Shown here piece by piece: positions 49,378-62,654 of a stretch of 64,000 bases of DNA (its first letter is position 1; the number at the start of each line of letters is the position of its first letter). Under the pieces are notes generated by a model that worked only from the letters and a program-made list of their open reading frames with translations, was not told the origin of the DNA and did no database searches. A program made the position numbers and the translations under genes. Source of the stretch: Aotus nancymaae (taxonomy: Eukaryota); the NCBI RefSeq assembly GCF_030222135.1, contig NW_026988420.1:6451875-6515874 (forward strand), written 5' to 3'.

Positions 49378-51494
49378 CTGTTGAAGAATTTGATTTTACA
49401 AAGGTGAGGAGAGTGGTGGTTTTAAAACACATCTACTAATTGGTTGACATATTTCTCCCATGAATTTCCTTCTGTTGAATACAAGCTTGGCCTTAATAAC
49501 TAGCTTCTAGTCAATATAGTGTAATGGAACTGCAAAGTCACTTCCAAGGTTAGGTTAGAAAATATAATACAGCTTCTAGATGACTTTGTCTCGCTAGAGA
49601 AGTTTCCCCTTAGAATCCAGCCGCCATATATCCTGAGGAAGCCCAAGGCACGTGGTGAATCCTTATGCAGCTGTTCCACTGACTGTCCTAGCTAAAGTCT
49701 CAGCTGAAAGCCAGCTTCAACTGCCACACATGTGAATAAACAAGCTCTTAGATAATTCTAGTCCTCAACTTCAAGTCACCTTAGCTGTTGCCAAGTGGAA
49801 GAGAAATGAGCTGGCCCCACTTAACCTTGCCTAAAACTGCAGATTCTGAACGAAATAGGTGTTGTTTTAAGACACTGAATTTTTGAGGTGGTTTATTATA
49901 TACAGCAGTAGATAACTGATACAGATACAGATACGGATACAAAATAAAAGTTGCTGTCATTAAAGAAACAATAAAAATAAGTACTAAAACACGCAGGATA
50001 CCTTTGTGCCAGCAGGTAGGTAGAGGCTGAAAGAAAAGATCTAGAGATGAATGAAAATGGAAACCCAAAGGGCTTCAAAGAGACTGTTAGTAGAAACCTG
50101 ATGGCCCTTGAGCAGAAACCTTACTTGCCATGAGAAAAGTAGATGATAAATTTAATGTGCTGAAAGAAAATTGTGAGCCTGAATATGATACCCAGCAAAG
50201 CTACCTTTGAAGAATGAATGAGAAATAAAGTTTTTCTCAGAGAAGCAAACACTGGTTAACAAAAAGTTAATGCCCCAGGATAAAGTAGGACTTCTCCCTG
50301 GGAGGCAAGGATGGTTCAACATATACAAATTAATAAATATGATACATCTCATCAAAAGAATGAAGGAAAAACACATACAACTATCTCAACAGATGGAGAA
50401 AAGCATCTGATAAGATAAATGAGAAAAACTGTCAACAAATCAGGCATACAAGGAACATCCCTCAACATAATAAAGGTCACATATGGCAAAGCCACAGCTA
50501 ACATCATACTGAGTAGGGAAAAGCTGAAAGACTTTCCTCTAAGAACTGGAACAAGACAAGGATACTCACTTTCACCATTTGTATTCAACATAGTACTAGA
50601 AGTACTAGCCAGAGCAAGTGAGTGACAGAAGAGATAAAGGGCATCCACATTGGAGAAAAGGAAGTCAAATGGTCCCTCTTTGTAGATGACCTTATCTTAC
50701 AGAGAGACAAACCTAAAGACTCTACCCAAAAAGACTTAGAACTGATACACAAATTTAGTATAGTTGCAGGAGACCAAATTAGCATACAAAAATATATTTA
50801 TTTTTGCTTCTATACATCAAATGAAATAGCTGAAAAACAATCAAGAAAGCAATCCCACTTATAATACCTACAAAAAGATTAAATATCTAGGAATAAATTT
50901 AATCAAGGAGCTTAAAGGCCTCTATGAGGAATACTAAACAATACTAATGAAAGAAATTGAAGAAGATACAAACAAATGGACAGACATCCCATGATCATGA
51001 ATTGGAAGAAATCATACATATGTTATTTAAACAATAACCATACTATCCAAAGCAATCTACAGATTCAATGTAATCCTTATCAAAATACCATTGTTTTTCA
51101 CAGAAATTGAAAAACCAATCTTAAAATTTGTATGGAACTGAAAGAAGATCCAGAATAGCCAAACCACTCCTGAGCAAAAAGAACAAAGCTGGAGAAATCG
51201 CACTACCTGACTTTAAAATATATTAAGAGGCTATGGTACCCAAAACAGCATAGTGTTGATATGAAAACAGATACATCAATGAAACAGATCCGAAAACTGA
51301 GAAATAAATCCACGTATTTACAACCAACTGATTGTCAACAAAGGTGTCAAGCAGATACACCGGGAAAAGAACACCATTTTCAATAAATAGTGCTGGGAAA
51401 CCTGAATATCCATACGCAGAAGAATGAACCTGGGTCCCTCCCTCTCACCATGTACAAAATGCACTTAGAATGGATTAAAGACTTAAACATACCT

Positions 51495-52829
51495 GTACCT
51501 GTACCTGGGTCCTTCGGGCCCCACGCGCGGCCGCCCCACGGGGCTGCGGGTGGCTGGGGAAGCCGAGGAGACCGACTCGGACCCGGAGCCGGAGCCGACG
51601 GCCGCGCCCAGGGACTTGCCTCCGCTCGTGGTGCAGCGGGAATGGACGGAGGAGGCCTGGGGCGCGGAGGAGGCCCCGGCGCCCGCCCCCGCGCGCTCGC
51701 TCCTGCAACTTCGGCTGGCGGAGAGCCAGGCTCGGCTGGACCACGACGTGGCGGCCGCCGTGAGCGGCCCAAAATGACGGCCCCTCCTAACCCAAGGCAG
51801 GGGATCTTCCTCCCGACTCTGGACCAACGTAGCATTTCCTGCAGGCCTCTCCAGGCCAACGTGATGCTTGCTCTCAACTCTCTAGGCCAAGGTGGTGGCC
51901 TCTCCTGACGCTCCAGACCTAAAGTGAAACCCTTCAGGCACTTCAGGCCAGATTCATTCCTGCCCTGGTGCTTTGGGCGCCAGCCGACAGTGCTTTACAG
52001 ATAAGAACGACATGACGCGTGTGGATTTCACTACGTTGGCTCCTGGATGCTGTAAGAGGCCTCGGATTTCTGACTTGGCTCAGGACCTGGGGTTAGCAGC
52101 CGCTTTCTGCTCCTTCGCACTTGCCGATCTTCCAGCCCCAGCTCTGGTCCTTCAGCTCCATTCATACTGACTCACCTCTCCCAGCCTATTACCCTCTCCC
52201 TTGTCCCAATCCAAAGCCAAGTTCTGAGGCCCCAGGATGAAAAATGGGCAGGAGCTTTTCATGGCAGACTGATTAAAACTCTAAGCCTTTACCCTTAAAA
52301 AAAAAAAAAAAATTTAGGACTATAAGGGCAAGAATTATGCTGTCAGTCTATACCAAATGTTAACACTTTGTCAAATGCTGTGTTTTTTAAGCTTTTTGTT
52401 TTTTTAATATTGGGAATATCCCTTGGTGCTGTGAGTGGTGCTGAGACACCTGAACCTTTGTGCTTAGTGGTACTGAATTCCTGTACATAGGACCTCGTTG
52501 GTCTGTGCTCTGGTAGCAATTGCACTGTGTGCACACTGCCCTTCACGGGGGCATTTCTACCTGCTGCTGCCACGATGTATTCATGCTGCTTGTTAAGTCC
52601 AGGAAGTTATTCTGACGTTGGCCTCATTGTAATATACAAACTGTTGTTAAATGGATGTATATGTAACAGAATTTTGTATTTTATATGCGACTTTCACAGA
52701 ATCCTCTGCGATATGTCCCAGCTAGCTAAGTGTGTGATATAGTCTTTTTTGAAAGGAAAATCCCATCTGTGCCCAAGAAGATATTAAATGACAAATAAAA
52801 GCTGCATGATCTCTTAAAAAAAAAAAAAA
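51495..52829 (+). pseudogene. Retroposed transcript (processed-pseudogene-like) of unidentified origin: a CpG-rich ~0.4-kb 5' block, then ~0.9 kb of UTR-like sequence with an internal A15 tract (52291-52305) and a terminal AATAAA plus poly(A)
   Basis: The L1 ORF2 homology is interrupted at exactly this point. The block ends ...gacaaataaaagctgcatgatctctt(a)14 at 52816-52829. An ATTAAA lies ~20 nt before the internal A15, so this may instead be two stacked retrocopies. No intron-like structure and no convincing ATG-initiated ORF. Confidence 0.45.
51509..51900. promoter_or_regulatory. CpG-island-like block (very high CpG density, >70% GC) at the 5' end of the retroposed segment
   Basis: For example ccacgcgcggccgccccacggggctgcgg...gaccgactcggacccggagccggagccgacggccgcgcccagg...gcgcggaggaggccccggcgcccgcccccgcgcgctcgc...gacgtggcggccgccgtgagcggcc. 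About 45 CpG fall in roughly 300 bp, whereas the surrounding repeats are CpG-depleted. Confidence 0.55.
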
Positions 52830-53147
<318 letters not shown>

Positions 53148-53310
53148 AGAGATGGAAGGTTTTATTAGACTAGGAGATTTGTGGGAGGTGTGAGCGCTGG
53201 GCCAAGGTGGCACTGGCCATGCTCAAGGCACCCTCTCGGGTGCAGTGACCACCAATGAAGCTGCTGGCATGGACGAAGATGCAGCCAGGAATCCCACTGA
53301 CCTGGTCCAG
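53148..53310 (-). other. 165-bp GC-rich non-L1 segment between the Alu 5' end and the resumption of L1. Read on the minus strand it ends ...CTAGTCTAATAAAACCTTCCATCTC directly at the Alu 5' end. It may be the 3' terminus of an mRNA co-retroposed with the Alu as a chimera.
   Basis: The segment is not part of L1: the L1 ORF2 is contiguous across 51494|53311. The AATAAA-like signal lies ~15 nt before the junction. No homology was recognised. Confidence 0.3.
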
Positions 53311-54099
53311 GGCAGTTACTAGAAGAAAACCTAGGAGAAACGCTTCAGGACATTCGACTAGGTAATGATTTTATGGTTATGATTCAAAAGCACAGGCAAA
53401 AACCTCAAAATAGACCACTGAGACTATGGTGAAATAAAAACCTGCTACAAACAAATGAGGCAACCAACAGAGTGAAGGAGAAATCTGTAGAATGGATCAA
53501 AGTATTCACAAACAATTCATCTGAATAGGGACTAATACCCAGAAAATATAAGAATTTCAAACAACAACTTAAAAAAACACAAATAACCCAATTAATGGTT
53601 AAACCAAGGAACTGAAGAGATATTTGTCAAAAGAACATGTACAAATTGGCAAAAAAAAAAAAAATAGATAAAAAATATCTGTGAGATATCTGTGAGACTG
53701 TGAGGAAAGTTAAAATCAATGTAAAATTAAGGGATAAGTGTTTTGCACAAGCTAGACAGGTGCTGAAGCATATGGTCAATGAGAGTCAGAACAGTGAGGG
53801 AAATTTTCATGAAAAAGGGAAAATTGGGTGCCAGGTCTAAAAGAAGGAGGCTAGATAAACAGAAGCTGAAAAGTCAGGAAGGACAGCATGGGTAAGCCAA
53901 AGAGATGGTGAAATCAGCCCAATAACTTGAGGATAAAATCCAACAGCATTGGGAAAACAAACAAATAAATCTATGTCCACACAATAACATTCAACAATGA
54001 ATGGACAACTGGTATGTCCATACAATAGATATTATTCAACCATAAAAAGAAATAAAGCGCTCATGTGTGATATGACACAAATGAACCCTGAAAACATTC

Positions 54100-54476
54100 T
54101 GAGATGGTTTGGGTATGTGTCCCCTCCAAATCTCATGTTGAAATGTAGCTGCCAGTGTTGGAGGTATGGCCTGATGGGAGTTGTCTGGATCATGGGGGAG
54201 AATTTCTCATGAATGGCTCAGCACCATCCCCTTGGTGGTAACTGAATTCATGCAAGATCTGGTTGTTTAACTGTATGTGGCACCTCCCCCTCCACTCTCT
54301 TGCTTCTGTTCTTGCCAGGTGATTTGCCTGCTCCCCTTCCTCCCACGCACCATGCTTATAAGCTTCCTAGAGTCTCACCAGAAGCTGAACAGATGTTGTA
54401 ATCGTGTGTGTTCAGCCTGCAGGACCATGTGCCCGTCTTTATAAATGACCCAGTCTCAGGTATTCCTTTAAAGCAG
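54100..54476 (+). mobile_element. MaLR solo LTR (THE1/MST-like), 3'-truncated
   Basis: tgagatggtttgggtatgtgtcccctccaaatctcatgttgaaatgtagc...ggaggtatggcctgatgggag...catgggggagaatttctcatgaatggctcagcaccatcccc...cttgccaggtgatttgcctgctcc...ataaatgacccagtctcaggtattcc matches the MaLR LTR consensus (TGATATGGTTTGGCTGTGTCCCCACCCAAATCTCATCTTGAATTGTAGC...). Confidence 0.8.
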
Positions 54477-54990
54477 CCATCTCCAACCTTTTTGGCACCT
54501 GGAACTGGTTTCATGGAAGACAATTTTTCCATGGACCAAGGAGCAGAGGCATGGTTTCAGGATGATTCATGCCCATTACATTTATTGCACAATTTATTTC
54601 TATTATTATTATTATATTATAATATATAATGAAATAATTATACAACTCACCATTATGGGGAATCAGTGGGAGCCCTGAGCTTCTTTTCCTGCAACTACAG
54701 TGTCGCATCTGGGGGTGATGGGAGACAGTGACCAATCATCAGATCTTAGATTATCAGGAGTGTGCAGCCTAGATCGCTTGCATGTGGGTAGTTCACAATA
54801 GGGCTCAGGCTCCTATGAGAATCTAATTTCACAGCTGATCTGACAGGAGGCAGAGCTTGGACAGTAATGCAAGTGATAAGGTGGCTGTAAATACAGATGA
54901 AGTGCAGCTCACCTCCTGCTGTGTGGCCTGGTTCCTAACAGACCATGGACTAGTACCAGTCCGTGACCTGGGGGTTTGGAACCCCTGCTT
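54477..54990. repeat. Interspersed repeat of a family I recognise but cannot name (possibly a non-autonomous DNA-transposon-type element)
   Basis: cagccatctccaacctttttggcacc[tg]g[ga]ac[ct]ggtttc[ag]tggaagacaatttttccatgga...cagatcttagattatcaggag...cctagatcgcttgcatgtgggtagttcacaatagggctcaggctcctatgagaatctaat...gctgatctgacaggaggcagagct...gctcacctcctgctgtgtggcctggttcctaacagaccatggactagtaccagtccgtgacctgggggtttggaacccctg recurs widely in human DNA. Confidence 0.4.
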
Positions 54991-55611
54991 TGTAACACAA
55001 AAATGGCCTACTACACATGCAAAATGAAAGAAGTCAGTCATAAAAAAAAAACTGCATTTTTGTATGATGCTATTTGTATGAAATGGTCAGATGGGTATAA
55101 TCTATGGAGACAAAAAGTAGAGGGTGGTTGCCTAGGACCAGGCAAGGTGGAAAGACATGAGTAGGGGTTGCGGCCAGTGATGGCTAAGAGAAACAGGGTT
55201 GCATTTCAGGGAGAAGAAAATGTTCTAAAATTAATTGTGGTGATGGTTACACAACTCTGTGAAAATACTACGAAACAGTGAATCATATATGGTTGATTGG
55301 TATGATATGTGAATTATAGCTCAATAAAGTTGTTTTAAAAAAATCCAGTGGTGGGATCTAGATAATTTTCTTCTATCTTAATTCTTTTTTTAACTCTTAA
55401 TTTATTTCTCTATTTTTCATGTACATACTATACATAATCTAAATATTTCTATGCTTTTATTTTTAAAATAAAAAGAAACAAAGAAAATGCCTAACTTATT
55501 TAATAGCTTATAAATTCATCTAAAATATTAGCATTCTGGCCAACAGGATAATGGTCTTTCTGAACAAGTTATCCTGATATCCATTAAACAAATACACAAT
55601 TATCCTATTTG

Positions 55612-55745
55612 TCTCTACTTTTGTAAATGGATACAGACACAATAGTATCTGTGTCTGTATCCATTTACAAAAGTAAAAACTGATACAGACAACAGGAACC
55701 AGATACTGTTGTGTCTGTATCCATTTACAAAAGTAAAAAGAAGAA
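55612..55745. repeat. Local palindrome plus tandem duplication: 24-bp inverted arms (acttttgtaaatggatacagacac / gtgtctgtatccatttacaaaagt) with a ~10-bp spacer, the right arm repeated ~45 bp further on
   Basis: ctacttttgtaaatggatacagacacaatagtatctgtgtctgtatccatttacaaaagtaaaaactgatacagacaacaggaaccagatactgttgtgtctgtatccatttacaaaagtaaaaag. Confidence 0.85.
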
Positions 55746-57378
55746 ATATAATTTTCTAGAACATTTTGTTGAATGTTGAATTTGGTCTTCAAAATTACTT
55801 TATATTGTTTAACCAGCTGTAGACTAACTATTGACACATTCAATTTCATATGTACATGACTTCTGATTTGACCTCATTTTTTCTTTGACTCTTGTGTGTC
55901 CCCTTCTACATGGATGTGACAATGGGATATAACCTCAAATGAAGCCTCTGACATAGATTGTTTTTAAGGGTATCTGCCAATTCTTGTTGAAATTGTCTTG
56001 CAACTACCCGATTTTTTTTCTACGATTTTATAAATCACCTTATTATTAAATTATGTTAACATCTAAATCTAGCATATATATGTAACAAATATAACACCAC
56101 ATACATTGACTCACCTTCTTTTCTTTATGGGTTCACATTCCTGTTTATTACTGAATTCAGTTAAGGACACAGAAGGTGTTACCTTCCTGCCAAATCTCTA
56201 TTGTGTTACTTAGACAACAGATTCACCCCACCCACTATTCATTCATCCCCTGATGAATATTCAATGCCTAACATCCTACTGAAGTTCCACTAAGAAATGG
56301 GTATGTGGGAGGGTCTGTAGTGATAAATTCTGCACTGTGAAATGTTTTCCCTTTCTTTTATTAGAAGCTCAGACAAACCTTAGAGCTCCTACATAGTCAA
56401 TTGCCTGCTCAAATCCTTCCAGCAGATTCCTATTTCAGAATACAAGGAAAATTCCGAGGCCCTAGGTAAACTGGCCTCTACCTTCCTCTCTGACCCCAGC
56501 TCCCACAACTCTTGTCCCCACTACTCACTCGTTTCCCACTATATGTGAATCTGTCACCCCTCACTAGTCTGAAAATGGGGTTCCAATGCTAAACTAATAA
56601 ATCACACAGAGCTACAATGATCTTTGTGCTGGACAAAGTTATATTCAAATGATAGTCATGGAGCCTTGAAATGAAAATTATGAGCAAATTATTTGTGAAA
56701 ATATTCAAAGTAAATGATATATAACAGTGAGAAGATTAAATCAAATGTGGCTTTGATAAAATTCACCACATTTGTCCCAAATGCTGATTTAACGAAAAGT
56801 AGATGCCTTTAAAGAATTGAGTGATCATAACAACACATAATTTGAGATGGACGTATTTTCAGATTCAAGTCAAATGGACATTAATAAAAATAAAATAATG
56901 CCAAATAAAATAAATAAAAAGATACCGATGTAAAAGTATTATAAGATTCAGCCATAAACTCCACTTCACCTGGGAAAACTGAAATTAACTTTCAAAATAA
57001 CCTACTGAATTGAATCTTAAGTTCAAAAATATTCATTTTAGGAGTGATCATTTCCATTCATCTGCTTCATCATGGTCTTCACATAAAGATGTTGAAATTA
57101 TTCTATCAGCAGTATAAGACAACTTTATTAATACTAGTCTATATCTATTAACAACTTGTAACTTAACCTCCTAAAATTTCATAGATGACACAATGTCTTT
57201 ACTCAAACTAAAGCATCTCTCAGGTCTCTGGGAACAAGCTATGTTTCTAGGCTGATATAGCAAATACCTTGACAATCCATCCATTTTCACATTCAATTCC
57301 ATTCAACATTTAGCCAAAACCAGATATTACATTTTCTTTCAGGAAGTTTGAAAAGTATTCCTCTTTCTTAATACTTAC

Positions 57379-58298
<920 letters not shown>

Positions 58299-59526
58299 CT
58301 AAATGAAACAAAGGAAGCACTCACTAGCTGGCACTCAATAAAAGGACCTATCTTGATTTCCTCTGAAATTAAATCATACCCTACACATCTATACAATGAA
58401 AGGGTTGCCATCAGTGGATATGCAATGGGAAAGTTGGATCAAAACCTCAAACCTTATTGGGCATAAATTCCTCAATGTTCAAAAGTTTATTTGAAGACAA
58501 CAAATTTGTGAAAGTAGAAACTAAACCTCTAGAGAATGTTTAAGAATCTCACAATAAGAAAAGCTTTTCTCTGAATTACAAAAGACAAACTCAAGGGCAC
58601 AACAAAAAAGATTAACAAATTTGAATCCATTAAAAAATTGGGTCCACTCTGATATCTAACCTCTACACCACTCCATAATAAAAGCCTTAACTCTGGGTAT
58701 CTTTGGATAGGTAAATTTCCCAAAGTGCTTCAGGTTCACTTTGCTGAGAATATTCTATAAATATTCTACTTTTCTAACATTTAATACTCTATATAACATT
58801 TAATATTCTACTTTCAATATTAACAAATATATAACCTTTAATATTCTGCTTTTCTATCATTTTTATAATGTTATAATAATTACATTTATTGACAAATGAT
58901 CCATCAAGTCATTGTACTAAGCACTTCTACATACATCAATGAACTCATTTACCACAACTCTGAAAAGGAGAGGTGACAAATAGAAACAAGCTGAGGATTT
59001 TCCCCAGGTCTTCTGATTCTATGTCTAGTGCTCCTCCGCCACGTCACAGTTCCTTCTGTGATGTAAATATGTAAATGCAAAAGAAGCTTATTTCTCCAAG
59101 AACAATGGCAAATAAGATGAAATTTACAGAGCTCTTCTTAGAAAATCGTGGGATTACTTGCTGTTGCAGTAACTTTTGTTTCCTTCATAATGTTGGAAAC
59201 AGTATTAAATGTGAAATAGGAGAAAATACACTAAACTATCTCACTAGGAACAAAATATTTATCAATAAATTATCACTAAGTATACATTATGGTATCTTAT
59301 TGTTTCAAAATGCTTTTTGTACTGAAATAAGATACCACTTGGAGAAAACTGTTATTCTCAAAAGTGAGGAGACTCACATTCAAAATATGGTCTCTCAATT
59401 GGCTGTACTTTTTTGCAAATAATAAACTAACCTCTCCACTAATAAACCAAGGAGATGAAATCACTTCCAAAAACTAGAACGTCTATTGTTAGTATCAAGA
59501 GTTTGGAGATAATGGAGAGATCATCA

Positions 59527-59655
59527 ATTTCTTTGAGCCAGTACTATCTCCTTCCGTTTGCAAAGGTGATTGGTCAGAATCTCATCTTGTAGTATTCTGG
59601 CATTCTGTTCTCAAGAAAGTTGCCTCTGGGTGTCATTTAGCTCTTGTACAACCTA
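59527..59655 (-). pseudogene. Degenerate tandem duplicate of the exon at 59915-60052; its splice-site contexts are lost (the acceptor AG has become AT)
   Basis: About 95% identical to 59930-60057. It translates ...[42 protein letters not shown]. The 3' side has ctat in place of ctag. Confidence 0.5.
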
Positions 59656-59914
59656 TTAAAAGCCTCTCCTTTGGATGAGGCCATTATGAGAGTCACTGCT
59701 TGACCACTGCACACAAATGGAGTTTAATTTAAAACATGACTTTATCCAATGGCCAAAAATGCCACCACCACACCTCCAACTGACTATATATACACACATC
59801 AATGGTTTTAAAATATTCTCTATTTGCCAAGATACAAATAGTTGGATTTTAAATATATATACACATACAAATACCTATACACACACATATTTGAAAATGA
59901 CTGAAAGAAAATAC

Positions 59915-60052
59915 CTTAAAATTCCTCTTCCTTTGAGCCAGTGCTATCTCCTTTTGTTTGCAAAGGTGATTGGTCAGAATCTCATCTTGTCGTATTCTGG
60001 CATTCTGTTCTCGAGAAAGTTGCCTCTGGGTGTCATTTAGCTCTTGTACAAC
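59915..60052 (-). pseudogene. ANKRD26-like family coiled-coil exon: [46 protein letters not shown]
   Basis: Minus-strand acceptor ctctag|GTTGTACAAG (+ strand 60053-60054) and donor TTTAAG|GTATTT (+ strand 59911-59914). Confidence 0.55.
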
Positions 60053-60637
60053 CTAGAGATACATTACATTTTTGGTCTAATAAACATTGAAAAAGAAGTC
60101 TAAAACATTAACAGCAGTTTAAAAAGTAGCCTATTAAAACACAAGAACCTTTTTCCTTGAAGAATGGCACAAGCTTTAATGGCATAAGTAACAGCTACCT
60201 TCATCAACGAGCAAAAACAGTTTTTAAATACAAGCAGATATAGTGTGGTGAGGTAAAATTTCTTTGTAAAACATTTAACTAGTTTCATTACAGTTTTAAA
60301 GCCTGTATTTTAACTTAAAAATGCCTAAATGAACATTTATGTTAATGATCAAACTCAACATACCCTTCACTCGGGGAACATACTGAGCATCTATTTGATG
60401 CCAAGAATATAATAAATAACTTTAGCTATAAATGTCATAGTTTATTTTAAAATAACATTTTTTGATTTTTTTAAGCCTAAGATATTAAAACAAAGGGATA
60501 TTATAAGTAATACTGATGAAGTAAAATTAGAAACAGAAACATTTTACCAAAGATTATTTTACCTGATTCAAATTATTTCTTACTGTTCTCAATTCCATAT
60601 CTCATGTTATCAGAGTCAGTTGAAGTTGTTTTTTCAC

Positions 60638-60735
60638 CTCAATTTCTTTCCTGTACTGCTCTTCTTTTCTTCTTAAGTGTCCCCTGATTTTTTCATACAA
60701 TGTATTGGTGGTTTTTCTCTTCTCTTCTTCTTGTC
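60638..60735 (-). pseudogene. ANKRD26-like family coiled-coil exon: STLRQEEEKRKTTNTLYEKIRGHLRRKEEQYRKEIE
   Basis: Minus-strand acceptor tttcactgcag|ATCTACC (+ strand 60736-60737) and donor ATTGAG|GTGAAA (+ strand 60632-60637). Confidence 0.55.
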
Positions 60736-61965
60736 TTAAGGTAGATCTGCAGTGAAATATGTTTATCTTAACGTTCATTCCATTAGAAAATAAAAAGTTC
60801 ATTTTGTGATCTGGCTCTCCATATGTTGGTTACTATACTAATAAAATGTCTACAATCTTGAATGTTTTTCCTTTCTAGTTCTTATGTTTTCTGTTTCTTA
60901 CTTCCATCTCTTCCAAAGGGTGTATACTTGAAAGGTAGTGAGGAAAGAACATACTGGTAATTGGGAAGTTTCTGTTCCTAGTAACATTGGCAAATATTAT
61001 GGAAAAGGATATTGGAAATTTCCATATCCATTGGAAATTCAGCAACATTATAGGTGGAAAATAAACTTTTTTTCTCTATCAGTTGCAATTGCTTCTCAAT
61101 TAGGACAAGTAATTTAGAGTTAGCTAATTAAAATGAAGTTACTGTTTATAAATAAGTTTGTAAATTCACTAGAAATAAATGTTCATCTTCATGAAATAGT
61201 GCAGATATCCCTAAAACTGATTTACGGTGTAAAAGAGCACCTTCAATTGTCTTTCACACATGTATCAGCAGATTACTATACTGCAAGACTAGACTAAGGA
61301 GCCTAATATCTGCTACCCCACGCTTTTGATGTTTTTTTTGGGGGGGAGTGACACTTTGGACAGTATGTGTTTTCAGATAGAACTCTGAATTAACTTTATC
61401 TGTGGAAAAGTGAGAAATGTTGAATAAACTAATCAGAAATCACCTTTCATTTCAACTTTTATTTCGTGCATAGTAAGAATAAAACTATAAATTTAAAAGA
61501 ATTGCTCTGAGTTTTTAAAAAATGAACATTTCATACTGTGTTGATTGAGTCATAAGTAAGAAACATTGATAAAAGACCATTTGTTAAAAGTTTCTATAAT
61601 TAAACAAAAAAAAATCTACATTGAAGATTTTATTCAAAGCAAATAACCAAAAATGTAGAAAAACATTTGTATAAAAGATGTTCCTTGCAACGTTATTTAA
61701 ATACAGAAAACTTTAAAAACCCCAATTCAATCTGTTAAATCAATGATGCGATTTCCATATGGTAAACCCCTATACAGTCACAAAAATTATGATTTAAAAG
61801 AGTAAGCATTTAATTAATAGTAGAAGTATTCATAGTAAAGAACCTTTCATATCAAAGATTTCTCACTCCAGAAGACTCAGAAGTTCTCCCCCATTTGGCC
61901 CCAGAAGGCAAGTCAGTAATTACCAGAATTTTTCTACATATTTTTAGTATAAAGGAAATACTTCA

Positions 61966-62232
61966 ACTATTTCTTTAAAACTAGGATATCATGCCTCAAA
62001 CTGTAGAAATCTCGTTCCCATTCATTGTTTCGATGTTCTAACTGTAATTTTATTTTTTTTGTTGTTTCAGATAGTTCCTTTAGTAGTACATGGACCTCAT
62101 TTTCCATTTTTTTCATTTTTAGTGTAAGTAGTTCACAGCGATTTTTTTCAACTTCTATTGATCTTTCCCATGAATGAACTGCATCCTGAATTTTCAGTAG
62201 GTTAGCAGGATCTGTTTCAGAAAAAAAACAAG
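61966..62232 (-). pseudogene. ANKRD26-like family coiled-coil exon-like ORF: ...NLLKIQDAVHSWERSIEVEKNRCELLTLKMKKMENEVHVLLKELSETTKKIKLQLEHRNNEWERDFYSLRHDILVLKK*
   Basis: Minus-strand acceptor ttttttttctgaaacag|ATCC (+ strand about 62214-62230). The exon's 3' boundary is not resolved. It is colinear with the other exons: it lies upstream in the minus-strand gene and encodes an earlier coiled-coil segment. Confidence 0.4.
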
Positions 62233-62654
62233 ATAGACATAAGATAAATGAGTATTTTTTGGATATGAAAACTGCATTTTAGCATTCAGTCATTCCTCCC
62301 TGAATAAATATATATTGAGTGCCTACAATGTGGAAGACATTATGCTAAGTTCTGCAATGAAACAGACAAGACCTCTGCTCTTGTTTAGCTTCAAGTACAG
62401 TGAAGAGTGAAGACCAAAAAAGATGACAATTTTAAATCCAGACAGATGCTGTCAGAGAGAAGACTTTTATGGACATGTAAGAGAATTTGACCTATATTGG
62501 ATTTCTCTGAGGAAGAGATGGCTACCCTGAGAAATGAAGGATGAAAAGGAAGCAGTTAAGCAAAGGAGGAAGAAAGGCATTCTAGCCAGTCTGCAGCATG
62601 TGCTGAAGCTCTGTTGCAGTCTGCTTCTAGCCAAGAGGGAGCAACAGGTACTGG

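Noticed and set aside
51550-51777. ORF-track peptide MAGEAEETDSDPEPEPTAAPRDLPP... that looks like the N-terminus of a real protein
   Set aside because: The 'M' is a GTG at 51550-51552, since the track uses prokaryotic start codons. The same frame stays open upstream into L1 sequence. The block is more than 70% GC, so long ORFs occur in all six frames (four overlapping ORFs of 75-172 aa are listed). No ATG-initiated, recognisable protein could be supported.
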